From: an uncultured virus (IMG/VR IMGVR_UViG_3300033068_001577)
Taxonomy: Duplodnaviria > Heunggongvirae > Uroviricota > Caudoviricetes
DNA length: 64,000 bases
Strand: one strand, 5' to 3'
Virus record (IMG/VR): IMGVR_UViG_3300033068_001577
Below the pieces are notes generated by a model. That model did not search any database and was not told the origin of the DNA. It was given only the letters and a program-made list of their open reading frames with translations. Shown here in pieces: positions 28,001 through 36,805 of this stretch; the first letter of the stretch is position 1, and each line of letters begins with the position of its first letter. The translations under genes and the position numbers were made by a program.

Positions 28001-30728
28001 ACGCTTCGGCGATGGCCTCCTCGACGCGGGTGTCGGGGTTCTCGTAGCCGCGCTCATTGGCGTAGTTGCGCTCGGCCCATTCGAGATAGGTCTCGCGGGT
28101 GTCCGGGCGCTTGGCCTTGCGCACGTAGTTGGACAGCGTCTTCCAGCCCTCGGTTCCGGGGGCCAGGACCTGCGCTTCGCGCAGGGCGTGGATCAGCTCG
28201 TGGTCCATGATCTGCGCCAGCCGGTCGACGACCTGCTGCGTCGACATCGACGCATCGAGATTGGCGACCGATAGGCTGAGCAGCTTGTTGAAATACATGC
28301 CCTCGATCTGGCGGCCATCGGGTGTCGTGACCTGCGAACGCAACGCGACCTTGGCGCCGAGCAGCGGCAGCCCGCGCTGGCGCGCCATGGTATTGAGCGC
28401 CGAGGCGACTTCCTCGACCCGGCCGTCGAGCGCCGCCGGCACGGCGCGGCGAGGCGCTTCGGTGGCCGCCGGGGCCCGCTCAACCTCGGCCTTGGGCGGC
28501 GAGCGCAACGTGCGCGTGTGCGCCTCGGGCGCGATCTCGGGCGCCGACATCTCGTCGGCGGCGCGGCGCATCGCGGCCTCGTCGCGCGATGACTGCACCA
28601 CGACCTGCCCGACGAGGTTGCCTTCGGCGTCGTAGCGGTTCTCGATGACGCCCCACGCCACTTCCTCAGCCGGCTCGATGGCGACAGCCGATTTCGGCGC
28701 GCCCTCTTCCTTGCTGCGGATGGCGCTGACCTGTTCGCGTGCCGCCGTGGCGGAGTCGAACACGCCAACGGACTTGCCGCCCTGGCGCACGCGCACCTTG
28801 CTGACCGGGATCCGGCGCACGGCATAGTCGCGCATCACGCCCTGCGGCACCTCATCGGGCGTCGCCTTGCGCTCGGCGCCGAGCACGTCATATAGGCGGA
28901 AGTCGTTGGGTCCGCGCTGCACCAGCTGGCCGCGACGCACCATGGCCTCGCGCAGTTCCTTGACGTCCTTGTCGTTGCGGAGGCCCGTGGTGTCCTTCAG
29001 GGCCTTGTGCGTGTAGCGCCCGGCCGTGCGCACGGCATCGACAGCCTTGCCATACTGGTCCTCGGTGAAACCTGGCAGGTCGGCCAGCGGCACCGAGATC
29101 GGAGCCTTGTGCGCCGGCATCGCCTCGACGACGCTACGCAGGGCGTTGAGCTGCGTCTGCGTCATGCGATTGATGTCGCGCGCGCCAGTGGTGCGGAGCG
29201 CCAGTTCCTTGAACGCCTCGTCGGTGGCGACGATGTTGCGCTCGGCTGCCGTGCGCAGTACGTCCTCGGCCGAGAGCGGCTCAACCGAGGTCTTGGGGCG
29301 ACGGGCCGCGATGATGGCGTTGATGCGATCCTGCGGCACCTTGGCGCGCGCCAGCTCGGCGATGGTGATCGGCGCGTCGAGCGAGCGCCCGGTCTGGACG
29401 CGCAGCTGGTTGACGCGTTGCGCCGCCGGGCCGCCGACTTCCTCGGCGCTGAACGTGCCGAGCGGCGTGATCGTCTCGCGGGCGGTGTCGAGCAGTTCGC
29501 GCGTCTCGGCCTGGCGGCTACGCTGCAAGGCGACGCGCACCTGGTACTCAAGCTCATCGCTGGTCGGCGACGCGGGTTCGGCACGCGCGGGCGCCGGGCC
29601 TTGCCGGCGGGGCTGGGCCGGCGGCGCAAAGTCCTCGGGCGACGGCAGCGCCAACGGAATACCGGGCGCGGGCAGCGCCATCTGGTTCTCGATCGGGGCG
29701 TCCGGCTCGACCGTCGGCGCGACAGCTGCAGCCTCGACGGGAGGCGCTGCGGGCTCCGGCTCGTCCTTGCGGCGCAGGGGTGCCGTCACCGCGGCGACAG
29801 AACCACCGGCGGCGGCACCGACTGTCGCGGCAGTCCTGATGCGCGTCAGCGCCTCGTCCAGCGTCATGTCGACGCCGACCACGCCGGTATCGACCAGCGC
29901 CTGGATGGCCTCGGTCGCGCCTTCGGTCAGACCCTCGGTCGCGGCGTTCTTGAGGATCGTGCCGATGATGGTCTTGGCACCATCGACGAACACCTTGCCG
30001 GCGAGCGCTTCGGTCGCGGTCTCGGCCGCGGCATAGAGCCCCGCGGCCAGCTGCGCGTCGCCGACACCCGCGCCCTGTTCGCGCGCCTGCTGGTAGCCCG
30101 AGCCTGCGCTGCGCGCCGTGAAGTAAGCGACCATCGGGCCCGGGTTGCGCAAGACCAGCGACGCGACGGCCGGTGCCGCCATGTCGGTGACGCCTGCGGC
30201 TGTCTGCGCCGCGATGTCCTCAAGCGAACCGGGCGCGACATCGACCAGTTGCTTGGACCGTTCAGCCTCTTGCGCGCGCAGCTGCTGGCCGAGCGCGCCC
30301 ATGGCCGCAGGTTTGGCGATGGCGAGCTTGACGTCCTCGGGCAACAAGGCACCGAGGCTCAGGCCGCGCGACGTCTCGGCGGCCGGGGCGTTGAGCATAT
30401 CCTTGATCGGGGCGCCGGGTGTGTTGATCTCGGCCAGCGTCGGGGTGCGCTCGGTCTGGATGGTCGGGTCGACCACCTCACGCACGCCTTCAAAGAAGCC
30501 TCGCCCAATGCCGTACTTGCTACCCGCGATGTCGGCCGGGAGGTTGCCGACCGCGGTGGCCGCAGCCTCGAGCGGGCCCTGGTAGGGCTTCAGCCCGACG
30601 CGCGCATCGAACTCGCGCCGCTCAGCATGGCTGTAGTATTTCTTGTAGAGGGCGTCAGCGAGGCGCTGGTCGTCCACATCCTTGTACTGCGGGTACTTGG
30701 TGCGGATGTCCGCGAGCGTCGTCGCCAT
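22089..30728 (-). CDS. giant polyvalent virion/ejection protein (HExxH peptidase, two ART-like domains, LPD38-like C terminus)
   Basis: 2879 aa; DHELIHAL..EEAIAE; YHGT..GLYFA..NYVVYD; FKRWFGDSKV..PLVVYRG..GYDGLI..YVAFEPTQIKS; AKNLTVNFNKGG..FPMPYG; last gene of the virion operon. Confidence 0.8.
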   Translation of the reverse strand: MATTLADIRTKYPQYKDVDDQRLADALYKKYYSHAERREFDARVGLKPYQGPLEAAATAVGNLPADIAGSKYGIGRGFFEGVREVVDPTIQTERTPTLAEINTPGAPIKDMLNAPAAETSRGLSLGALLPEDVKLAIAKPAAMGALGQQLRAQEAERSKQLVDVAPGSLEDIAAQTAAGVTDMAAPAVASLVLRNPGPMVAYFTARSAGSGYQQAREQGAGVGDAQLAAGLYAAAETATEALAGKVFVDGAKTIIGTILKNAATEGLTEGATEAIQALVDTGVVGVDMTLDEALTRIRTAATVGAAAGGSVAAVTAPLRRKDEPEPAAPPVEAAAVAPTVEPDAPIENQMALPAPGIPLALPSPEDFAPPAQPRRQGPAPARAEPASPTSDELEYQVRVALQRSRQAETRELLDTARETITPLGTFSAEEVGGPAAQRVNQLRVQTGRSLDAPITIAELARAKVPQDRINAIIAARRPKTSVEPLSAEDVLRTAAERNIVATDEAFKELALRTTGARDINRMTQTQLNALRSVVEAMPAHKAPISVPLADLPGFTEDQYGKAVDAVRTAGRYTHKALKDTTGLRNDKDVKELREAMVRRGQLVQRGPNDFRLYDVLGAERKATPDEVPQGVMRDYAVRRIPVSKVRVRQGGKSVGVFDSATAAREQVSAIRSKEEGAPKSAVAIEPAEEVAWGVIENRYDAEGNLVGQVVVQSSRDEAAMRRAADEMSAPEIAPEAHTRTLRSPPKAEVERAPAATEAPRRAVPAALDGRVEEVASALNTMARQRGLPLLGAKVALRSQVTTPDGRQIEGMYFNKLLSLSVANLDASMSTQQVVDRLAQIMDHELIHALREAQVLAPGTEGWKTLSNYVRKAKRPDTRETYLEWAERNYANERGYENPDTRVEEAIAEAFRHWASNRRNVVGKPATVFSQLAEWFKRLIGAVPEDVFSAIETGKLVEDALRPPGASEPRARATRTMQEASAVATVAKAAGDEPGVRRASREYLRARTQAREDRYGRSGPKTVLGTTPASSYETGALMDRAAVGTIAERYRQKAGIKGGRLMTLLPVDETYMQRVADVQQKAGHNPDSTGVAKAYRALIDETRAMWQELGDVKVTAFTGDGSPYASRGAMFADLSAGRLQLRLSADMFGAGADNPGHPLNAAAGIKTVDGQDLTWNDVLRVVHDVYGHGQSGFNDSPLGRYNAYHEHARLLSPEARRALATETLAQGAWDNFGPHMRRKDGTVPGQTDVDYLPPNQREFAQQKAFLLPDPLVAADPGWALADAASAAEASPRYMVGYHGTPHKVDKFSSSKIGTGEGAQAFGHGLYFAGKREIAEHYRRALSYKSTVKEFRDALPDDADVSDVMELVGTGHFTPYQDRILKALEADGWLGFDYPSQAISAAFSKNVANWDPSQELLDAVAGSGNLYKVDIPEDNELLDWDSNVTSQPPAVRAALTQVVKSLPGTRANPSAADMLASNFPVNAIYDAVANALGGPSRASEAFRAAGIPGHRYEDASSRGPGKWVAAHPDDVPGTPKGKWPLINVRNNSAAPQFFDSEAAADAEAKRLNADRTYNYVVYDDSRIQILEENPKFSKFDDALPGGRLYGNPARSPGGVLSKPDTSSPVLTEPLPSARYFGGEMVDEQLRMAREGERGAVLVYMNADDFLAVSSRAVNPEQDVYDAASAEGYKFSTMPSLVIDGYAGNVRATESDGAFIARALAGRPDASTLPVMLYPKRPDGLGLVTAIEANNTRVPLPHGGFKEFDPDLRGARYSVGVGGNPAFKRWFGDSKVIDEAGAPLVVYRGDRLGKTAFYGQDGSRIQGNVFFSSSKSVGEKYAKGGQLYSTYLALENPLEVNADGASWSHVPAPRALKDEWFNEDLTIQIDELAEWARKQGYDGLIVRDVMDQYGDGDQYVAFEPTQIKSVDNRGTFDPADARIRYSINAAPGERVPNTPPRPMFNIVRQRTETAVGKFLHNLGRSKREVLPLPIGFKSVFDARVKLQDRMLSVKEMIEDIGERGGNLDDTNDTYMLEQLYHGKVFDQIRQREETLQLPLLEALKRAYDGPNKVTPKDFEDYLYALHAPERNAYLRARGSTLDNPSGMTDAEATAILDRLALEGKLPDLNGLERMARAITANTTATRIEGGLISPDTESPFKHYVPLRGFAEEDLDPDQPSGNQTRARSGKGFGVGGREDRSMTGRERKAGDILGHLFLQNTEAVIRAEKNQVALSFMKLLQDNPDIGYGTVLKSAPTRRVVGPNGMIHEAGDPTYRQQPDIVTAKYKGREIVARVTDERVARAIKSDYVSSSNDLVNALGAVAGRINRYLATVNTAWNPEFMISNLARDAQTAAILGQQYDIPKLARKIIGDAPAAMAGIRAVLRDGNTSGPWAATFREMQEAGGTTEFLGIQDLESQVRRIRRSVTKTGLATTPRKIADYLGQVGKFVDDYNKVAENAFRLAAYKAARDAGTSVPQAAYLAKNLTVNFNKGGEMKGAMNAAYLFYNASVQGSFVLMNGLRSKRVQKLVAGVVMAGLLQDMLNRALSGDDDENGVPDYDDVPDYVLETNFVLMDPFGLLKSMGVEKGYFAFPMPYGFNAFYNLGRNMSAGFSGSPVHNPGKAVASSLLTFLDAFNPLGGAQDILNFIAPTLVDPLVDVVRNKDYAGNDIVPERPSFGVPVPESQKYWSNTSDIPRDVAAQLNALTGGNEVRPGTVDISPEILQYGFDYATGALGKFVQRLGTLTLDTGPKALQGDFADIEIGDIPFARRLVGSVNSRAATERYYAIAEEIGYVAKEMELAQETGDVAAGRKLFETKRAEVELIDTFEGVNKTLSDLRKQLRDLRENEAVPDARKREIELKLRAEQDRLMARLTALYFTRKRLAGTQ

Positions 30729-30731
30729 GTG

Positions 30732-31760
30732 TCAGAGTCCGAGGCCGAGAGGGTCCTTCTGGTCTACCACGCCATTGGGCGTGCCGCCAAGCACGAGGTC
30801 GCCGACAGCGAGACCGGCCTGCGCGCGGAACTTCTCGGCCGCGATTTCGCCGTAAGCCGCGCGGATCTGGTTGTAGGCGATCAGCTGCGCCTGCCGTAGA
30901 CGCTCGGCTGCGACAGTCGCCTCGGTGCCGGGCTCAACAAACGCCGGGGGCGGGAGGGCCTTCAGGGCGTTGTCCACGATCCTGTTGAAATCGTCGGCCT
31001 GCCGTTCGTTGCCGGTGACGGCGTTCGGGTTATAGCCGGGGTTTAGGCGCTCGTAATCTTTTTGTGCCTGCTCGTCGAGGCCCTGGAAATATTCGAATTC
31101 CAGAACGTTTACTGGCTTCTTGTCTGTCGCCAACCGCGCTTCGGCCAGATCGCGCTCCTGAGCCAATTGCCGTTCACGGAAATCACGGTCCATGCCGGCC
31201 AGCTCCTCGGCGTTCTGCAACTGCCCGACATCGGTCAGGCTGCGCAGCAGATCCATCTCGCGCTTGTCGACGCCTTCGATCCCGGTCTGGTAGGCGTTGA
31301 GCCCAGCCCCGACCCCGGCGCCGATATTCTTGAAGGTGTTCGACGAACCGCCGCCCATGATCCCGGCGCCGGCTGCGATCAGCGCCAGGGCGCGGGCCCG
31401 ATCGGATTCGCCGCTCAGCCCGGACAGGCGCTCATTGAGGCGCGAGGCAATGTCGGCGTAGTCGACGATGCCGCCGTCCGCAAAACCGACAGGCGGCGCT
31501 GCGGACACGGCGGCATCGATACCGCCCATGGCGGTGGGCGGCATGGCGGGAGCTCCGGCAACGAGGTCCTCGAGCACGGTGCTGTTCTGGCGCTGGCGCG
31601 CCTTGTCGCCGTCGTAGCGTTCGCGCATACCCTTGCGCCGGCTGATCTCGGTGAGGATCAGGAATGGCGGGGCGCTGCCGGACGGCGAGGACGCTTCAGC
31701 CTGCAGGTCCTCGTCTCGGAGGCCCTTGAGAACGTTCATCTGTTCGATCAGGCTGGCCAT
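30732..31760 (-). CDS. putative internal virion/ejection protein
   Basis: Helical, Ala/Gly-rich, hydrophobic segment; upstream of the giant protein. Confidence 0.55.
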   Translation of the reverse strand: MASLIEQMNVLKGLRDEDLQAEASSPSGSAPPFLILTEISRRKGMRERYDGDKARQRQNSTVLEDLVAGAPAMPPTAMGGIDAAVSAAPPVGFADGGIVDYADIASRLNERLSGLSGESDRARALALIAAGAGIMGGGSSNTFKNIGAGVGAGLNAYQTGIEGVDKREMDLLRSLTDVGQLQNAEELAGMDRDFRERQLAQERDLAEARLATDKKPVNVLEFEYFQGLDEQAQKDYERLNPGYNPNAVTGNERQADDFNRIVDNALKALPPPAFVEPGTEATVAAERLRQAQLIAYNQIRAAYGEIAAEKFRAQAGLAVGDLVLGGTPNGVVDQKDPLGLGL

Positions 31761-32638
31761 CAGGTGAACAGGTCCGCGATGCCGGCGCCGCCCACGGCGA
31801 GCCCGAGCAGTTGTGACAGGAAGTCAGGCGCCGGTTCGGTGACCGACGTCGTGGTGTTCTGCTGCACAGGCGTGCCGCTGAGCAGCTGCGAGTAGAGCGA
31901 CAGCTGCTGCGACGGCCAATCGCGCTGCGCCGTGAAATCTTTGTAGGCAAGATCGAGCCCGGCCTGTTCGCGCTGCTGGACCTTCGATCCGACGCCGCTC
32001 AGCGCCTCGGCATTTCGGAACCCGAGGTCGCTCTTGAGCTGCGACAGCTGGCCCTGCTGCCCGGCAGCGTCGAGCCCGAGCTGGGCGCCGAGCCGCCGGT
32101 TCGTCTCGTCATCCTGGAACAGCCCGGTCGCGCGGTCAAAAGCCGAGGATAGGCCCTCGGCATCGATGGCCTGCATCTGCTGGTTGAGATCGCGCTGCGC
32201 GAGGCTGTCCTGCACGAAGCGCCGGTCGCCGCCGAAGGCGCCTGCGGCGACGGCGGAAGCGTCGCGCCCGGCCTGCTGCTCCTGGTAGGACTGCGTCGCG
32301 CGCTGCTTCTGTACGTCGAGGACGTTGTTGATGTAGGGGTTCATGTACGCCGAGATGTCGGCGTCGGGCAGCGTCTTGGCTTGGTAGTTGGCGAGGCCGC
32401 CTGTCGTTGCCAGCGCGGCGTCGACATCGGGGTTGCCGGCGTCGGCCTGGTCACGCACCATGTCGAAGGCGGCGTTCGTATCGTCCGAGAACTCGGCGAG
32501 GCGCTGGTTGCCGTAGGTGGTGTAGGGTGTCTTGGAGATCTGCTGGGCGCGGCTCAGCAGGTCCTGAGCGTAGGGCTTGTACCAGTCGGGCAGGTCGCCG
32601 GAGGTGGTCGAAGTGGTGGTATCCCCGCCTTTTGCCAC
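31760..32638 (-). CDS. putative DNA ejection/pilot protein
   Basis: YMNPY...GAFGG.R...L..VG..Q...Q..LD..Y..F and a C-terminal GLAVGGAG segment. Confidence 0.65.
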   Translation of the reverse strand: MAKGGDTTTSTTSGDLPDWYKPYAQDLLSRAQQISKTPYTTYGNQRLAEFSDDTNAAFDMVRDQADAGNPDVDAALATTGGLANYQAKTLPDADISAYMNPYINNVLDVQKQRATQSYQEQQAGRDASAVAAGAFGGDRRFVQDSLAQRDLNQQMQAIDAEGLSSAFDRATGLFQDDETNRRLGAQLGLDAAGQQGQLSQLKSDLGFRNAEALSGVGSKVQQREQAGLDLAYKDFTAQRDWPSQQLSLYSQLLSGTPVQQNTTTSVTEPAPDFLSQLLGLAVGGAGIADLFT

Positions 32639-32641
32639 TTA

Positions 32642-33070
32642 TCAGACCCCTTCGCCCGCTACGTCGACACTCATTACCACGAATTCCTGCTGCCAGCCAA
32701 GCCGACCAAGCATCCGCAACCAGCCCGGGCGCCCGTAAAGCTCGACACCCGATAACTCCGCCTGCAAGGCGTACTCCCGAAAGGTGCGCTGCGCAAGTTC
32801 GACCCACTCGGCCATGCGCGCGCCGCCGGCGAAATCAACGACCAGTGTCCGGCGGTTGGGGTACGTCGCGACGCGCGTCACGAACGCCGCGGCGATCCCC
32901 GTCTCCGGGTGGTGCGCTACCCACAACTGGTAGCGCTTCTCCCGCAAGCCGCTCGCGAGCGTAGCCAGAGTGACGCGCCCGCCACTGCGCTTTACCGCTG
33001 GCCGCAAGAGCGGCATCACGGTCGGCCACAGGCTCGACAGGCTCTCCGGGGGAGCGCCTGTCACCGACCA
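32642..33070 (-). CDS. GNAT-like phage protein
   Basis: QLW...YP..R.L....GG..M..W...GR.GW.R pattern seen between tail and ejection genes; start approximate. Confidence 0.5.
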   Translation of the reverse strand, partial: WSVTGAPPESLSSLWPTVMPLLRPAVKRSGGRVTLATLASGLREKRYQLWVAHHPETGIAAAFVTRVATYPNRRTLVVDFAGGARMAEWVELAQRTFREYALQAELSGVELYGRPGWLRMLGRLGWQQEFVVMSVDVAGEGV

Positions 33071-33072
33071 TG

Positions 33073-34560
33073 TCACGCCGTCCGCTTCTGGAAGCTGTCG
33101 CTCAGGGCCTGCATCTGTCGCGCGCCCTCCTCGACATCGCCGCCGCCCGCCCCCGCCACGGCCGCCACCGGCATCACGAACTCGCCGCTGCTCAGCGCCG
33201 CCGGCATCGTGCCGTCGATCACCGCGGGGATGGCGTCATCGGTCGGGCCGCCGGGGCCGACGACCTGCCGGCCGCGCTCGCCGCGCTGGCGCATCTTCAT
33301 GCCCTGCTGCACCTGCATGACCAGCGACTGCATCGCTTCCTCGCCGAACATCTCGACGAACTTTTTGATGGCGGCTTCACCCTCGCCGTCGATGCCTTCG
33401 CCGCTCATGGCGTCCTCGACAGCATCTTCTGCGTCGGCGATCGCCATGACGCGGGGGTCGGCGGCCTCGTCCATGCCGACCGGGCCGCCGTCAGCGTAAC
33501 CGACGACGCCGCCCTGGGCCAGCTGCTTGCGGAAGTACAGCCACTCCTTGTCGACGCCAGGCTTGTAAGGCGGCATGTCGGGGAACACGACCTGACCAAA
33601 GCGATCGTACTGTTCGGTCACCGGGCCCGGGATCGGGCCGGGCGTCACGGGGCCCGGGGTTGTCGGCTTTCCGGGCTTCGACGAGCCGCCGATCACTGTG
33701 GTGTTTCCGGTCACGCTCGGGCGCGTCGCGGCAAATTTCGTGTAGGCTTCCTGGTTGCCGTACTTATCGCGCACGGTGTAGCCGTTGTCCGTGAGCCAGG
33801 AGGTGAACGCCTTTTCGTATTCGCGCTCGTTTTTGAACCCCAACGCCTTGGCCTTGCGCGCGGTCGGCCCGTCATTGCCGCCGCTCTTGATCTCGGCATT
33901 GTCGCGCGCCTGCTGCACGTAGTTCGCATTGCCGCGATCTTCGGGGCGCACGGCGATGGAGTTGTTGAGGCCGCCTCGACTCGTGCCGTCGAGCGGGCGC
34001 GTTCGCGGCGCAAACACCCCCATCTTGTTGAGTGCGTCGATACCCCTGCCGAGCGGCGACGCGCCGAACAGCGAACCGATGCCGGCGCCGATATCGTCAA
34101 AGATGCTGGTCTTGACCGGTTTGCCGAGGCCCTCCACTTTTGCGCCCCCGGGCGCGGCAGCCGAGAGTCCTTCCGCCGCCTGTGCCGCCAGATAGGACTC
34201 GTACCCTTCGTTGCCGGGGTCCATCAGGTTGTACTGGTTGCCGAACGGCTCAATGGTGATGCCGTTAACCGTCTGCGACGGCTCCGCGTAGGACAGCGTG
34301 TTGGTGTGCGGGTCGACGTAGAAGCCGCCCAGACCCGCGAAATCCTTTTGCGGTATGGTGCCGTTGGCCGGGTAACCCGGAGGCGCGCCCGGCGGCAAGC
34401 GGGAGTACCCGTAGTCCGGCCAGCTTCCGCCCTGCGAAGGCCCGAGGGGGTTGTTCTGCACCGGCCGCAGATAGGTTCCGTCGCTTTTCGGGGGCGCCAT
34501 GTTCCCCGTGTAAAAATCGGAGGGGTTGTAGCCGTCGGGAAACTGCGGGTAAGTTGCCAT
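33073..34560 (-). CDS. putative internal virion protein
   Basis: Low-complexity N terminus; C-terminal GPGGPTDDAIPA...ALSSGEFVMP motif common in phage virion proteins. Confidence 0.6.
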   Translation of the reverse strand: MATYPQFPDGYNPSDFYTGNMAPPKSDGTYLRPVQNNPLGPSQGGSWPDYGYSRLPPGAPPGYPANGTIPQKDFAGLGGFYVDPHTNTLSYAEPSQTVNGITIEPFGNQYNLMDPGNEGYESYLAAQAAEGLSAAAPGGAKVEGLGKPVKTSIFDDIGAGIGSLFGASPLGRGIDALNKMGVFAPRTRPLDGTSRGGLNNSIAVRPEDRGNANYVQQARDNAEIKSGGNDGPTARKAKALGFKNEREYEKAFTSWLTDNGYTVRDKYGNQEAYTKFAATRPSVTGNTTVIGGSSKPGKPTTPGPVTPGPIPGPVTEQYDRFGQVVFPDMPPYKPGVDKEWLYFRKQLAQGGVVGYADGGPVGMDEAADPRVMAIADAEDAVEDAMSGEGIDGEGEAAIKKFVEMFGEEAMQSLVMQVQQGMKMRQRGERGRQVVGPGGPTDDAIPAVIDGTMPAALSSGEFVMPVAAVAGAGGGDVEEGARQMQALSDSFQKRTA

Positions 34561-34571
34561 GCTTCAGACTC

Positions 34572-34877
34572 CTAGCTCACCGTGACGCTGGTGATCGCGG
34601 CCTCGACGCCGATGTCTCCGACCCACACTTCGCCCTCGCGGACGATCGTCAGTATACCATCGTTGGCAAAAACTTCACCCGGTTTCAAACCGTACCCGCT
34701 CACCGGCAGGCTGTCGGGCGACAGCCACAGGCCGCCACCGCGCAGATAGTAGATGCCCTGCAGTTGCTCCTGCAACGCGGTCAGCCAGCGGTTCATCTGG
34801 TTGGCGTAGTCATAGGAGAATTGCGGTTGCGGCCGGGGCGGCGGCGGCAGGACAATGATCTGCGTCGATTCGGTCAT
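34572..34877 (-). CDS. small tail-associated protein
   Basis: LPPPP..Y...GLKPGEVF pattern; ATGA overlap with the tail gene. Confidence 0.5.
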   Translation of the reverse strand: MTESTQIIVLPPPPRPQPQFSYDYANQMNRWLTALQEQLQGIYYLRGGGLWLSPDSLPVSGYGLKPGEVFANDGILTIVREGEVWVGDIGVEAAITSVTVS

Positions 34878-36751
34878 CGCTGGCCATCCGGCGCGGCGTA
34901 GAGCCGCGGCACGCCCAGTTGCCACAACGTGCCCGACGCCGTGGTCTCGATGCCGAACTGCACCGAGCGGGCGCGAAAGCGCTTGTCGACCTTGGCGGTG
35001 TACTGTTCGACCGGGAGCGCCACCGTGCGGTTGACCGGGGCGTCGGGCCCGGTCTGGAAAGCCGAGCCCGGATAGTCGCGTTTTTCGAACGTGTAGGTAA
35101 CCGCCGGTGCCGAAGCGGTTGAGCCGTAGAAATCGTTGTCGGGGATGAAGCGCGAGACGTACATGAAGTCGCCACCGGTCCCGAGCTCGAACACCGAAGA
35201 TTTCAGGTAGGAGTCGAGCATGGTGGCGGGCTGCGTCGACTGATCGGTGGCGCCGATGTCGTGGAGGTATATGTACCCGTCCGGGGACGCGGCAAGCGGG
35301 TAGTCCTCGAACCACGCGTCAAGCCACGTCGTGCGCCCGACGGCGTTGAACGAGCCGTAGTACCAGGTCGGATTGGTCGGGTCCTCGTAATTGCAGACCA
35401 CGTAGAAATTGTTCTCGGTGCTGCCGTTGACCGGCATCAACCAGATGAACTCGGCGAACTGGCGATTGACGCCGGCCGTGATCTTTTCGGTCTGAGCGGT
35501 ATTGAGGATCGAGAACACATAGGTGCGCACGTCGCACGGCATGTCGCGCACGACGCCGTCGTACCACTGGAAGCGCCCATTCGCCATCCAGGCCGTGATG
35601 GCACCTGTCGAGGTCACGGCATTGGGCGCGATCAGCTGGATGTTTGAACCGATGCGCGTCTGCCCAAAGGTGAACGGCGGCCCGATGAAGCGGAAGGAAT
35701 GCAGCGTGGTGTCGGTAAACACCAGCGTCTCTGTCGTGGTTTCGATGGCGCGCACGAACTCCGAACCGCCGTCGATGCGCAGGCTGCCCGCCGTGTTGGT
35801 GGTGTTGGGCGTCCAGTCGAGCAGGTTCTCGCTCGCTGCCCAGCGCGCGAGCAGGCGATCCTGGGTGGTGCTGTCGATCGGGTTGCACCCGAAAGCCAGA
35901 ACGTGCCGGTCGTTATCGCTGACCAGCACCTGGCGCGCGATGATCGGGGCGCTCGAGGACAGATCGCTCAGGTTGACCGCGCGTGTCGAGACCGCGCCGC
36001 TCATGTCCTTATAGTAAATGCCGCCGTTGCGGGCGTTGAATAGCAGGTCCTCGCCGTAGTTGTCCTCGCTCCACAGGCGCAGCTGGTCGGTGACGGTAAA
36101 AGAACCGCTGCCCGTCCCCCAGCCGCCTTCGCCCCACCCGCCGGTACCCCAGCCGTCGCCGAGCACCGTGGTGTTGAGACCGACGCCGATCTGATACGCC
36201 GCTTCAACGGCCGCGCCGCCGCCGCTGACACCCCCGGCACTGGCCGGCGTGGTCACTTCAATGGTGTAGTGGTCGGCGTCGATGATCGAGGTGATCTGGT
36301 GCTCGGTGTTGAACTCTGCGGCGTCGATGCCGTCGATCGGGCCGGTGGTCCCGCTGAACGTCACGAAATCGTCCATCACTGAGCCGTTCGCCACGTCGGT
36401 GACAATGATCGTGGTCGAGGCCGCTGCGTCCGTCTCGAACGGGTTGTTGGCGAGCGTCACCGTGCGCCGGATCGGCGTGATGTCAACGAGGCTCGTGCCC
36501 TGAACGATGTAGTATTTCCAGTTCGTGCCGGCGGCATAGTAGCGCGAGCCGTCCAGCGTCGACCACGGAAACAGGCTGCGGAAGGTCCCCTGCGCCTGCT
36601 CGGTGGTGTAGGGCTGCCAGCCGCCGACGCTCTGCCAGGTGCCGGTTTTTACGCGCGCAAGATTGCAGTCGTACCAACCACCGGTGTTGCCGTAGTCGGT
36701 CGTCTCCCGGTTGATGCCGGGCCGGAACTGGATCTTGATCGGTTCGACCAT
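34874..36751 (-). CDS. tail nozzle/stabilisation protein
   Basis: 625-aa beta-rich ORF (FRPGINRE.T.Y..GGW.DC..R; WS.DN.GE.L; RT.W.D); podovirus synteny. Confidence 0.7.
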   Translation of the reverse strand: MVEPIKIQFRPGINRETTDYGNTGGWYDCNLARVKTGTWQSVGGWQPYTTEQAQGTFRSLFPWSTLDGSRYYAAGTNWKYYIVQGTSLVDITPIRRTVTLANNPFETDAAASTTIIVTDVANGSVMDDFVTFSGTTGPIDGIDAAEFNTEHQITSIIDADHYTIEVTTPASAGGVSGGGAAVEAAYQIGVGLNTTVLGDGWGTGGWGEGGWGTGSGSFTVTDQLRLWSEDNYGEDLLFNARNGGIYYKDMSGAVSTRAVNLSDLSSSAPIIARQVLVSDNDRHVLAFGCNPIDSTTQDRLLARWAASENLLDWTPNTTNTAGSLRIDGGSEFVRAIETTTETLVFTDTTLHSFRFIGPPFTFGQTRIGSNIQLIAPNAVTSTGAITAWMANGRFQWYDGVVRDMPCDVRTYVFSILNTAQTEKITAGVNRQFAEFIWLMPVNGSTENNFYVVCNYEDPTNPTWYYGSFNAVGRTTWLDAWFEDYPLAASPDGYIYLHDIGATDQSTQPATMLDSYLKSSVFELGTGGDFMYVSRFIPDNDFYGSTASAPAVTYTFEKRDYPGSAFQTGPDAPVNRTVALPVEQYTAKVDKRFRARSVQFGIETTASGTLWQLGVPRLYAAPDGQR

Positions 36752-36805
36752 GGCACCTTCAGACTTTCAGGACGTCTGGCGCAATAGCCAGTCGCGGCGC
36801 GTCAC

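Noticed and set aside
22092..30899. Long plus-strand ORFs antisense to the giant protein (likewise 44105-46129 and 54956-57622)
   Set aside because: Shadow ORFs expected opposite high-GC3 genes; no recognisable motifs
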